Of a DNA stretch of 64,000 nucleotides, positions 1-9,500 are shown in pieces. Made by a program: the position numbers and the translations under genes. The notes beneath the pieces were generated by a model, which was not told the DNA's origin, did not search any database, and saw nothing but the letters and a program-made list of their open reading frames with translations. Positions within the stretch are counted from its first letter, which is position 1; each line of letters begins with the position of its first letter. The DNA comes from a bacterium (lineage in GTDB: Bacteria > UBA8248). The stretch lies in assembly GCA_965261085.1 (NCBI GenBank), contig OZ253442.1, forward strand, positions 3,744,001-3,808,000, in the 5' to 3' direction.

Positions 1-1060
1 CCGGGCGGCGAAGCGGGTGACGGTGGGCCGCCACGGCATCGTCACGGCCGAGGAGGCGCGGCGGCGGGCGGCGCTCATCATCGCGCGGATCAAGGCGGGC
101 GAGGAGCCCGTGCCCGAACCGCCGGCGGAGGGCCCGCGGGTGGCGGAACTCGCCCGCGCGTATCTCGAAGAACACGTCGCGGTGCGCTGTAAGCCGAGAA
201 CGGCGGAGATGTACGGCCAGGTCGTCAGGAAACACATCCTGCCCGCACTCGGCAGGATGCCCGCGCTTGCGGTCGAACGCGTCCATGTGAGCGGGTTGCA
301 CCACAAGCTCCGGGATACGCCGATCATGGCGAACCGCGTGGTGGACACGCTCTCGCGAATATACAACGCCGCCGGGGAGCGGGGACTGATCCCCGAGGAC
401 CACAACCCGTGCCGGCTGGTGGTCAAGTACCGTGAGCGCGCCCGCGAGCGGTTCCTGACCGGGGAGGAGTTCCGGCGTCTCGGCCGGGTGCTCGCCGAGT
501 CGCAGACCCGCAAGGGGGTTTCGGTCCACGCGGCGGCGGCTATCCGCCTGCTCCTGCTGACCGGATGCCGGAAGGGCGAGATACTCAACCTGCGCTGGGA
601 CGAGGTGGACCTGGAAGCCAACGAACTGCGGTTGCCTGACACCAAGACCGGGCCCCGGACGATCTCGCTCTCGCCCGAAGCGGCCGGCGTCCTGGCGGCG
701 GTCCCGCACGTTCCGGACAACCCCTTCGTCATCCCAGGCAAGGTCAAGGGCAGGCCCATGCGCAACCTGAACGACCCCTGGGATATCGTCTGCGAGCGTG
801 CGGGACTCACGGACATGCGAATCCACGACTGCAGGCACAGCTACGCGTCCAGGGCCCTGGCGCTGGGCGAGTCTCTCCCGATGATCGGGAAACTCCTCGG
901 CCACACCCAGGTCGAGACCACGGCGCGCTATGCGCACCTCGCGCGGGACTCGGTGCACGAGGCGGCGGTGCGGGTCTCCGACAGTATCGCGGCGGATATC
1001 CTGAAGGGGTACCGGCAGGTGTCGCTACAGGCGCGCTCCGGGCAGCGAACGAGAAAGTAG
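1..1060 (+). CDS. Tyrosine recombinase/integrase with arm-binding N-terminus; probably starts before the window
   Basis: Catalytic motifs LLLTGCRKGE (R), DTKTG (K), HDCRH (HxxR), LLGH, TARYAH (Y); the N-terminal 'TVGRHGIVTAEEARRRA' is the tail of an arm-DNA-binding domain. Confidence 0.93.
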   Translation, partial: RAAKRVTVGRHGIVTAEEARRRAALIIARIKAGEEPVPEPPAEGPRVAELARAYLEEHVAVRCKPRTAEMYGQVVRKHILPALGRMPALAVERVHVSGLHHKLRDTPIMANRVVDTLSRIYNAAGERGLIPEDHNPCRLVVKYRERARERFLTGEEFRRLGRVLAESQTRKGVSVHAAAAIRLLLLTGCRKGEILNLRWDEVDLEANELRLPDTKTGPRTISLSPEAAGVLAAVPHVPDNPFVIPGKVKGRPMRNLNDPWDIVCERAGLTDMRIHDCRHSYASRALALGESLPMIGKLLGHTQVETTARYAHLARDSVHEAAVRVSDSIAADILKGYRQVSLQARSGQRTRK

Positions 1061-1128
1061 AGTTCCGGGCGCGCCGCCAATCTTCGGCATGGAACATCAA
1101 ACGATGCCTTCTCTATGGCAGTTGTGCC

Positions 1129-1519
1129 GTGTTGGCTTGGTGTTGATACGATAGGTTGGTAATATCAACTCCCCAGCGGAAATTCTTGAAAACATTCGAT
1201 ATATTAATGGATTATGGAGTAATGCCGAGAGCAGGCTCCGCCTATCCGTCACGCGATTCGGTGTGCGGGGCCGCAGAGCGCATCGCCGAGAGCATTGCGG
1301 CCGACACCCTGTGAGAAGGCCGCCCGTGTCTCAAGCCAGGGATTTCCAGTCTGGAGCGATACCGTTCTCCCGCAGGAACCCTTCCGCCATCCTGGCGATT
1401 TGCGCCTCCTAGGGATTTCCTGCGGAAGGTAATCAGGAAAGAATTTTATTACAATGCGTTACAGGGCATCAAATTTTCCGCTCGTTCAGTCCGGCATCGA
1501 ATCAACACTATAGCAACAC
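1129..1519. repeat. Inverted pair of GTGTTG-N5-GTGTTGAT motifs (1129-1147 and 1501-1519); att/arm-site-like
   Basis: gtgttggcttggtgttgat versus the reverse complement of atcaacactatagcaacac; immediately downstream of the integrase. Confidence 0.45.
1222..1314 (+). pseudogene. Degenerate copy of the integrase C-terminus
   Basis: Translates MPRAGSAYPSRDSVCGAAERIAESIAADTL*, matching integrase ARYAHLARDSVHEAAVRVSDSIAADIL. Confidence 0.75.
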
Positions 1520-2221
1520 CGCATCCGAACCGTAATTCTGGCGCCGTCTGACGCCCCGAGGCGGCTCACGCACAAGGATTCGCCGAGGGCTGCTGTCCCG
1601 GCCTCCCGCCCCGGAACCCGCGGCGGAGCGCTGGCTCCCGATCGGGTACTTGCCCAATCCCGGCAGGGGAATGCGTCTCCTCTCGCGAGAGTGCTCCGGA
1701 GCGCCTTCAGAAACGTCCTCCGCCCGGGCCGCGATTATCGGAGTTCCCCGTGTCTTGTCCCCCTGAATTGAACCGCATGTGAGCACGCATGTTCGCAAAG
1801 TGTGCGAAGGGGCGCAATCGCGCCGCGGTCCGCCGGCGCGACGTCGAGGCCCGCTTCCGTCTCATCACCGAGCGCCACGGCGCGGTGCCCGCCAACACAA
1901 CCGAGGCCGCCGCAGATGTCGCACTCCAGAAGGCCCGAGAGCAGATGGCGGGGCGGTACAAATGGTCAGGCCCCAGCGTCTTCAATAACACAGAAGAAGT
2001 AAGCATCCGGCGAAGGCCGCGCCTGATGCGGCATGGTCGTAGTGATGGGCGGCTATGAGGTAGGTTGTCGCGAGGTAGTCCTCGATCGATGGCCTCAGGC
2101 TATCGGAATCGCCGATGTGGTTGATCCACGAAACGCCCACGCCAAATTCTGAGTTTTCGCCCTCCACGGCGAAGCCGAACGCGCCGCCGAAGCCTGCGAT
2201 GTGGTCGTCGCCCTCCGGCGT

Positions 2222-2630
2222 GTTGTCGGAGAGCTGCAAGCCCTGCTCTCCCAAGCCGACCGCTCTCTGGGCCGTCTCGACGAGTCCATACAGACACTGT
2301 CTTATCCGGATTTGTTCGTTCTCACGTACGTCCGCAAAGAGGCCGTGCTGTCGAGCCATATTGAAGGGATGCAGAGATAGCTGCAAGACCTGCTGGAGGC
2401 CGAGGCAAGGGTATTCGCGCCGAATCGAGCGAACGACGTAGACGAAGTGGTGAACTATGCCAGCACCATGAATCACGGCCTCGGACGGCTGTCCGAAATA
2501 CCGGTTTCGAGCCGACTGATCCGTGAAATCCATGCCAAATTATTCCAGGGCGCGCGGGGCTCTCATCTCACGCACAGCGTGTTGCGGGCCAGCCAGAACT
2601 GGATCGGACCCTCGGGTGCACGCTTCATGA
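2222..2630 (+). pseudogene. Fic/DOC family protein N-terminal remnant
   Basis: LLSQADRSLGRLD...YVRKEAVLSSHIEG...EVVNY...RLIREIHAKL...SQNWIG; in-frame TAG at 2378-2380; truncated by the IS3 fragment. Confidence 0.8.
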
Positions 2631-2640
2631 GGCCCTCTTC

Positions 2641-3136
2641 GACTACTTGTCGTGGTGGATGAGTTCACACGGAAGTGTTTGTCGATAGATGTGGGTGGTA
2701 AGCTCAAGTCTGAAGATGTGCTGGAGCGCCTGAGCGAGTTGTTTGTAAGACGGGGACTCCCCGAACAGGTTCGCTTGGACAACGGCCCTGAGTTCACCTT
2801 GAAACGTGTGAGAAACCGGCTCTCGAATACAGGTGTGCAAACGCTCTTCATCGAGCCTGACAGCCCCTGGGAAAATGGATATGTCGAATCTTTTAACGGG
2901 AAGATGCGGGATAAACTCTTGAATCCGGAGAGGTTCGATACCCTGTTTGAAGCGAAAGTGCTGGTGGAGCGCCAGCGGCATATCTACAACAGGATCAGGC
3001 CGCACAGTTCATTAGCTTACCGGCCTCCGGTACCTGAAACAAAAGAACCATGGCCTCCGGGCTTCGCTCCGCTTCACCCTTCGTCCATGGTTCCAGAAAC
3101 CTCGTAGCCGGTGGTACAACTATTGGGGGAAGGTCA
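2641..3136 (+). mobile_element. IS3-family remnant: OrfB catalytic core (2652-3107) plus right inverted repeat (3111-3136)
   Basis: DDE motifs VDEFTRKCL, DNGPEF, SPWENGYVESFNGKMRD; terminus gtggtacaactattgggggaaggtca. Confidence 0.88.
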
Positions 3137-3205
3137 ATCACGTGATCACGTTTCCCCTTTTGTTTTTCATCAAACCTGTGGCGCCATTTTGACGAGGTGC
3201 AAACG

Positions 3206-4600
3206 TCAACATAACTCAATGTTATATTTTGCGAACAGATCATCAAAGAATTGTCCCAGAAGTATTTCTCCGCTATCGCATTCTCTAAGTTCATTTGCAC
3301 CAAATCTATATACATCATACCCGCATAAGCGAAGATCCCGGTCAGCGGCTACCATTTTCGCATAAGCTTCTGAATCAGCTTTGCCTGTAATCTTATCTGA
3401 ATAATGATGCATGCCGTCGACTTCAATCACAATTCTTGTACTTGATGAAACCAAAATAAGAAAATCCATTCTTTGGCGAAAGAGAGCGGACCTCCCGCGT
3501 TTCGCAACAGTCTGAGGATCGTAATGAAGCCACACTTCTGGTAGCAGTGCTGGTAATTTCGGAACAGCTTCACCGAAGTGCTTATAGAAGGTACGAAACA
3601 GATGTTTTTGGGGTGGAGAATTTTCCGGCAAGGAAGCGAGAAGGCGTTTGTACAAAGACCGCTTTGCGGTATTAATTTCGCACCCGTTGGTTTCTGCCCA
3701 CCATTCCTGCAAGTCCTTCCACCGGAGCCCGGAATCAGGAATCGGCCTATCGTAGACCAGAACCTTATCTGCGTGGCTAACGATCTCAATATCGTTATTC
3801 ACCGCGTCTCGAAACCGAAGGTCGGGCTTATTAAACGAAGCAAAAATCAGATTTTTAGGCCGCCCCGTAGATCCTGTCCCCGCCGACTGCAACTTGAAGG
3901 CAGGATAGCCGTCAATCGAATCTGTTTCGGCAAGTTCGAGACCACACGTTGAAAGAACCCTGTTCACCGCATGGGCGAATGAGCGTTGGCTTGATTCCTC
4001 TGGGCATACTTCTGAACTAGCCAAAGACTCAATCAATCTGGCAAATCGCTTACTAGAGCACTCAAGTGAGCCCAGCGTTTTGAAGAATTCCAGTACCGAC
4101 CAGCCTCCAGGCTTCCAAATCATATTTTGTTGAATTTGCTGCCGAAGCGACTTTGATATTTCCTCAAGTCCGAATTTTCGCAAGCCTCGATCCGTAGGAC
4201 TCTCAAGTACCCAAAGCCTGCCTACAGCTTCAAGAAAACCATCATCGTCGACCGGGAGTGTCAGCCCTTCTAGTCCCTTGGCGATCTCTCGTCGCATTTT
4301 TTTCGAAATGGTTGGAAAGTCCAAATCGGACCATATGATTTCCTCGATCAAAAATGTATGTTCGTTTCCGTCCGACACAGGAAATTGGCGAATGAATTTA
4401 TTCGCCACCCGCCGGACCAGGGTAGGATCCTTGCCAAGGTTCACTAATCGGCTCTCAATGTACTGGCGTTTGGTCAGTTTCGGATCGTCATACGAGCCAG
4501 GAAGTTCAAGGGCATCACAAAGGCTTGGCAATTCAACCCTTCGCTCCGGCTGTAGCCGCGAAACAATGCCATTACTCAGGTGTTCTGCAAGCTCTCCCAT
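3206..4600 (-). CDS. AbiJ N-terminal domain 3-type protein with C-terminal DUF559-like PD-(D/E)xK nuclease; candidate abortive-infection protein
   Basis: GRPKNLIFAS-KPDLRFRDAVNNDIEIV block; RMDFLIL...IVIEVDG...DRDLRLCGYDVYRFG nuclease signature; lower GC than the flanks. Confidence 0.75.
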   Translation of the reverse strand: MGELAEHLSNGIVSRLQPERRVELPSLCDALELPGSYDDPKLTKRQYIESRLVNLGKDPTLVRRVANKFIRQFPVSDGNEHTFLIEEIIWSDLDFPTISKKMRREIAKGLEGLTLPVDDDGFLEAVGRLWVLESPTDRGLRKFGLEEISKSLRQQIQQNMIWKPGGWSVLEFFKTLGSLECSSKRFARLIESLASSEVCPEESSQRSFAHAVNRVLSTCGLELAETDSIDGYPAFKLQSAGTGSTGRPKNLIFASFNKPDLRFRDAVNNDIEIVSHADKVLVYDRPIPDSGLRWKDLQEWWAETNGCEINTAKRSLYKRLLASLPENSPPQKHLFRTFYKHFGEAVPKLPALLPEVWLHYDPQTVAKRGRSALFRQRMDFLILVSSSTRIVIEVDGMHHYSDKITGKADSEAYAKMVAADRDLRLCGYDVYRFGANELRECDSGEILLGQFFDDLFAKYNIELC

Positions 4601-4884
4601 TTTGAATTGCTCCTATTGTCAATCATAAGTCAGTTAGTCAAGTTGTGTTGGTTTTGTTAGATCTGACGATATTTTCCTCCTTGAAATCCTGGAGCAACCG
4701 AACGATTTCATCTAAATTACCTTCCGTACAAGTAACTACGATGAGTATGACCTATCGGCCGAATACGTGGCACTTGATGTTCCACGGTGACGCTTGGCAA
4801 ACTTTAGACATCGTCGATTCCATTTTGCAATGCAACACGGGTCAGGAGCGACGACATAGCCTCTTGCAGGCACCTAAGGTATCA

Positions 4885-5040
4885 GCCGGGGCTGCCCAGG
4901 GCGATCCGTTTTGGAGTGATGGCATAGCCGGGGTGGAGAAAACCATCACCCCAGGCTGAACATCACCGTCAGATATTTCGACAACATCCAACACCAGGCG
5001 GAGCACCTTGCGGCCCTGCGCCTCCAGTCGATGGGCGCGC
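4885..5040 (-). pseudogene. Possible degenerate IS4-family transposase fragment
   Basis: Minus-strand peptide GFLHPGYAITPKRIALG resembles the IS4/IS50 'LHPTLAVTP..PLG' motif; frameshifted. Confidence 0.3.
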
Positions 5041-5299
5041 TAAGTGATGTCCGTCACAAGGAAGAGCTTGATGCTCGAGATTCGCGCCAGCAAGGAAAGT
5101 TCCCTCATCTTTTTCGATCCCCCAAGTCGTGGTGGCTTTCAAGTGGTTGCCCATGTCTGAGGCTGGTTGTAAACTTCATTCAATTCAATGCGTTATATGG
5201 ATTCTTTATAAGGAATCAAACCGGGAGGCGTAGATTTTCCACCTCGGATACTTCACCCGAACGAGGTGCGGGGCTCCGGGAAAGAGGGGGAGGAGTCCT

Positions 5300-5593
5300 T
5301 TGACGAAAATCGACATCATCAACCTCGTGTCGGACGATACGGGCCTCAGCAAAGTCAAGGCTGAAGAAGCCGTCGAGACAATCATCGACACCATCAAGGG
5401 ATCGCTCGAGAGCGGCGAGTCTGTCATCTTGAGGCGCTTCGGCTCCTTCCAGGTGAGGGAGAAGAACGCTCGCATGGGGCGCAATCCGAAGACGGGCCGG
5501 GAAGCGCCCATCAGCGCTCGCAAGGTTGTAAGCTTCAAAGCGGGAAAACACTTCAAGGAAGCGGTGAACGGCGCCGAGGTGAAATTCCATTGA
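5300..5593 (+). CDS. hup: HU/IHF family histone-like DNA-binding protein
   Basis: MTKIDII...RFGSFQVREKNARMGRNPKTG...VVSFKAGK; TTG start after GGAGGAG ribosome-binding site. Confidence 0.95.
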   Translation: MTKIDIINLVSDDTGLSKVKAEEAVETIIDTIKGSLESGESVILRRFGSFQVREKNARMGRNPKTGREAPISARKVVSFKAGKHFKEAVNGAEVKFH

Positions 5594-5658
5594 TCCTTTG
5601 ATTCGTCGGCCTGTTGGCACGGCGTCCCCATGACCGTAGAATCGATAACCCTCCCTGA

Positions 5659-5830
5659 ATGCGCGTCCATGTAAAGGCGCATTGCAAGCCGGGCGCCGCG
5701 GCATATCGGTTCGTAATCGAGAAGCACTTCCTGCCGTCGGAGGGCGCGATGGTGGTAGACCATGTCGGAGGAGGTGAGGTTTCGGTCTGCACCACCGGCT
5801 TCGCGACATGCCGGACCCGCGCCGCCATGC
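5659..5830 (+). pseudogene. Integrase central-domain remnant
   Basis: HVKAHCKPG..YRFVIEKHFLP..G then, after a frameshift, GLHHRLRDMP; parallels HVAVRCKP...KHILPALG...GLHHKLRDTP of the intact integrase. Confidence 0.7.
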
Positions 5831-6507
5831 CCCCAACCCGCCGAGTCGCGGAGAGCAAGAGCCGGCTCGGCGGATGGATGACCGGAAAAGGTCCTTGCCG
5901 CTCGATACTGCCGTTAACCTAGGTGCCGATTGATGTTTTCTCTGAAAATGTTAAGGGGAATATCCGACGATAAAATGCAAAGGAGGAGTCAAACCATGCG
6001 TGAAATGCATAACATAGTGTTCTTGTTTACCTTCACGGTTGTGCTGGCGGGGCAACCATCAGTTGCCCAAGTTCATCGAAGGTGTCAAATTCAAGGACGA
6101 CCTTGAGGCCGTTGACTTCGAAACCCGCGCCGCCTGATCACTCCATCACCCACTTTCGGGCATATCTCGTGGGGGCACAGGGCAGAAACTGGTAGATTTG
6201 CGAAGGGAAATCTGGTCACGGATGGTCTATTGGCAAGCATAGGGGTTGGCGCGGTTCATCTTTGTGGTCTCGCTCAGCGCCTACAGCAAGGCAACCGAAG
6301 GCTGACAGCGGTCCTGATTCAAGTCATCACAACAGCAGGGGAAGAAAAAGCACTTCGCGTGGAGCGGTCACAAAAGATATTTGATTGACTTAAAGATATC
6401 ATTGCCAAATACGTAGTGAATTGCGGTGAGCTTGTGCAACATCACCGCCCTTTCTATATGTCAATATAGTTTTTTCATATGGATGCGTACGAAGTGGATC
6501 CGTCGAG

Positions 6508-9500
6508 ATGAGCAAAGACAGCCCAGAGGATGCGAACAGACCTGAGCCGAGTGGCACCGGTATTGGGGCGGCGCCGTCACAGCGGGGCGTGAGCCCCTAC
6601 GCAACCGGCGGCGGGGGCGTGACCTTCGAGCGGAAGGTGGCGGTCCTGTACCTAACTCACTTGCTCGTCGGCGACAACACTACCGAACTCGGAGACGGTG
6701 CGCGGATCGTGAGTGTCGCGTTCCAACAGGCCCCGGACCATCCTGTCGACGATCTCGTCGTGAGTGCAGCCCGCCCGGACGAATTGCAGCCATCGTTGGT
6801 ACTTACGCTCGGGGTTCGGCGTTCACCGAATCTGGTAGTGAGCGATGAACCGACCCGGAAGCTCATCCGACAGTTTGTCCGTGCCGTGATCGATTTTCCT
6901 GCGGACGGACCGGAACGCCGGTTGGGGCTCGTCGTCGCCGGACCACAACCACACGCCGAGCAACTAGCTAAGCTCGCTCACCTTGCCGCAGTGCAGATGG
7001 ACGCACCCGGTTTCTTTAAGCTAGTCCAGACACCGGGTAAGTTCGATGCTGCCCTCCGAGGCAGGCTCGTTCAGCTCCAGAAGCTGGTGGAAAGCGCGCT
7101 GCACGAGCTTGATGTAGTGGAAAGCGATACAGCACTGGTCAAAAAACGCACATGGCAATTGCTGTCTAAGCTCACTGTGACTATGCCACGTCTTGAGTCG
7201 CCCGACGAGACGGATTGGTCCGGCGTGGTGAACAGCCTCATGCAGGTAGCGCGAAATTCTGATCTTACGACAGCGTCACGGCTTCGCGACCGGCTGGTCG
7301 CCCTTGCCAGTAACTATTCACCGAAAGCCGCGCGAGCAGATCTCACGATGTTGCGACGCGACTCGCACGCACTGCTCGACACCACGGCACGACGGCATCA
7401 GGATGGCTGGCAGACACTTGACAGCATCCATCGACGGACGTGTGAGTCCGTCCGTGCCGAGATCACTTCGAGCGATGGTGACCGCTCTGTGTGCTTGGAT
7501 CGAAGCGCCGCAGCAATGGAATTGGTCAAGATCGTGTCGGGTGCTGAGGCGGTGGTCGTTTCCGGGGAGTCCGGTGTAGGTAAGAGCGCGCTTGCAGTGT
7601 TGGGGCTTAACGATGCGGTCGATACCAAGCCGGGTGACTTACAGGCGTTGTGCATCAATCTGCGCCAAATCCCATGCCTCGCGATTACATTTGAAGAAAT
7701 GCTGGCCCACCCTCTGTTGACACTTCTGTCCGAACTAAGCGCACCGCAACGTATGCTCGTTGTTGACGGAGCGGACGCGGTCACCGAAGACAAGTATGAT
7801 GTATTTCGTTATCTAGTTGATGCTGCCCAAGATATCGGCGTCAAAGTGGTCGCAGTGACCTCCACCGACAGCAAGCAGGTTGTACTCGACGTTCTCAGCG
7901 AGCGCTTCGACACCGGTGTCGCGGAGTATGAAGTACCTCCACTCGGCGACTCGGAGATAGACGAGATAGTCGGAACCTTTTCGGAGTTGGAGCGGCTCAA
8001 TGCCAATCCGCGGTCGCGCGAACTCCTCCGTCGGCTTATCGTGGTGGATCTGCTCGTTCGCGGGCAAATTTCCGGCACTCCGCTGACTGACGCAGATGCG
8101 ATGAACGAGGTGTGGTCCGGGCTCGTTCGGCGGCGGGAAATGTCGGACAGGGGTTTCCCAGACGCGCGCGAGACGGCGCTTCTGCAACTTGCCAAACTGG
8201 AGCTTGGCGAGGGCGAACGCCTCGATGTCATCAACGTGATTGATCCAGCTGCCCTTGATGGCCTGCGTCGCGACGGATTGCTGCGAACTTCGCCTGAAGC
8301 TCCGCACATGATCGGTCCCGAGTTTGCGCACGACGAAGTACGCCGCTACGTGGTTGCACGTCTTCTCCTGGCCAGCGACAACCCTGCTTCGAGACTCTTC
8401 CAGACGGGAGCACCGCGTTGGTCGCTCGCGGCAGCACGATTAGCGTGTCAGGCATGGCTGGGGCGACCCGACACTTTCACGATGCCATTGAAGGGCAGGT
8501 TCGCTGCGCTGCAGGCATCTTTCGACGCGCTCGGTGCCGACCATGGAAGTCGCTGGGGTGACGTGCCCGGTGAAGCATTACTCACGCTTGCGCGTCCCGA
8601 AGCGCTGCTCCGGGACGCGTGGCCCGAACTGCTCGCTGACGATGGCGCTGGTCTTCGGCGGCTTGCCCGCCTGGTTGATCAGCGACTCCGCGACGAAAAT
8701 GGCGTCGTCGATGTCATCGCCGTGGAGCCGATCATCGCTCTTTTACTCGAAACCCCCTCCACATGGCGGTCTGGCAAACACACGGAAGGTATCTTCCGCG
8801 GCTGGCTACGCGGACATGTCATTGCGAATACTGCCGTAGGGCACCCGTTGCGCATCCTGCTTCGCCAGCGTCTCGTCGAATCGTGTGCGGCAGGAGACCG
8901 ACGCCTCGCCGAACAACGTGAGGCCGCCGCTACAGCGCGTGCTGCGCGCACGCCGGAAGAAATCGATCATGAGCGTCAGTTCGTTGAGAGGCACGGAGTG
9001 CTCCTTACGGAAATCGGCTACGGTGGCCGGTACCCCCGACAGCGACCCGAGGTACCCCGGGAGATCAAAGACGAGGTCGTTCTTGAGTTCCTAGCACTGC
9101 TGGGCCCAGACCTTGGTGACGACGGTGAGGCAATCCTAACTCGAGTCGCGAAGGACGCACCATCGTGGCTCGCTCCTGCCGTTGACGAGTTCTTCACCGG
9201 TCGAGCGCTCGCCAGCGGCCGCCGCGGGCTTTTGGCCGAACTGACCGAGGCGTACTACCTAGACGACGAGGTCGAAGTCGGTGAATTTGATATACACCAG
9301 GACGGGGTACGCTCTCACCGTGCGCGGAGCTTTGGTCTCCCACTCGCTGCGTGGGACCGCGGTCCGTTCCTGCCGCTGTTTCAGAGTGACTTCCGTAACG
9401 GTGTCGGAGTACTTAACCGCTTGCTCAATCACGCCGCGCGCATTCGTTCGCGCACGCTTGCCGATCTGGATCAGGCCCAAAAACCTCCCCAATCGGACAC

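Noticed and set aside
1751-1776. Possible IS3 left inverted repeat pairing with 3111-3136
   Set aside because: Only partial similarity, no target duplication, and unrelated sequence in between
2050-2235. Minus-strand peptide GDDHIAGFGGAFGFAVEG...WINHIGDSD resembling an LbtU-type porin fragment
   Set aside because: Too short, with no start or end; cannot be supported without a search
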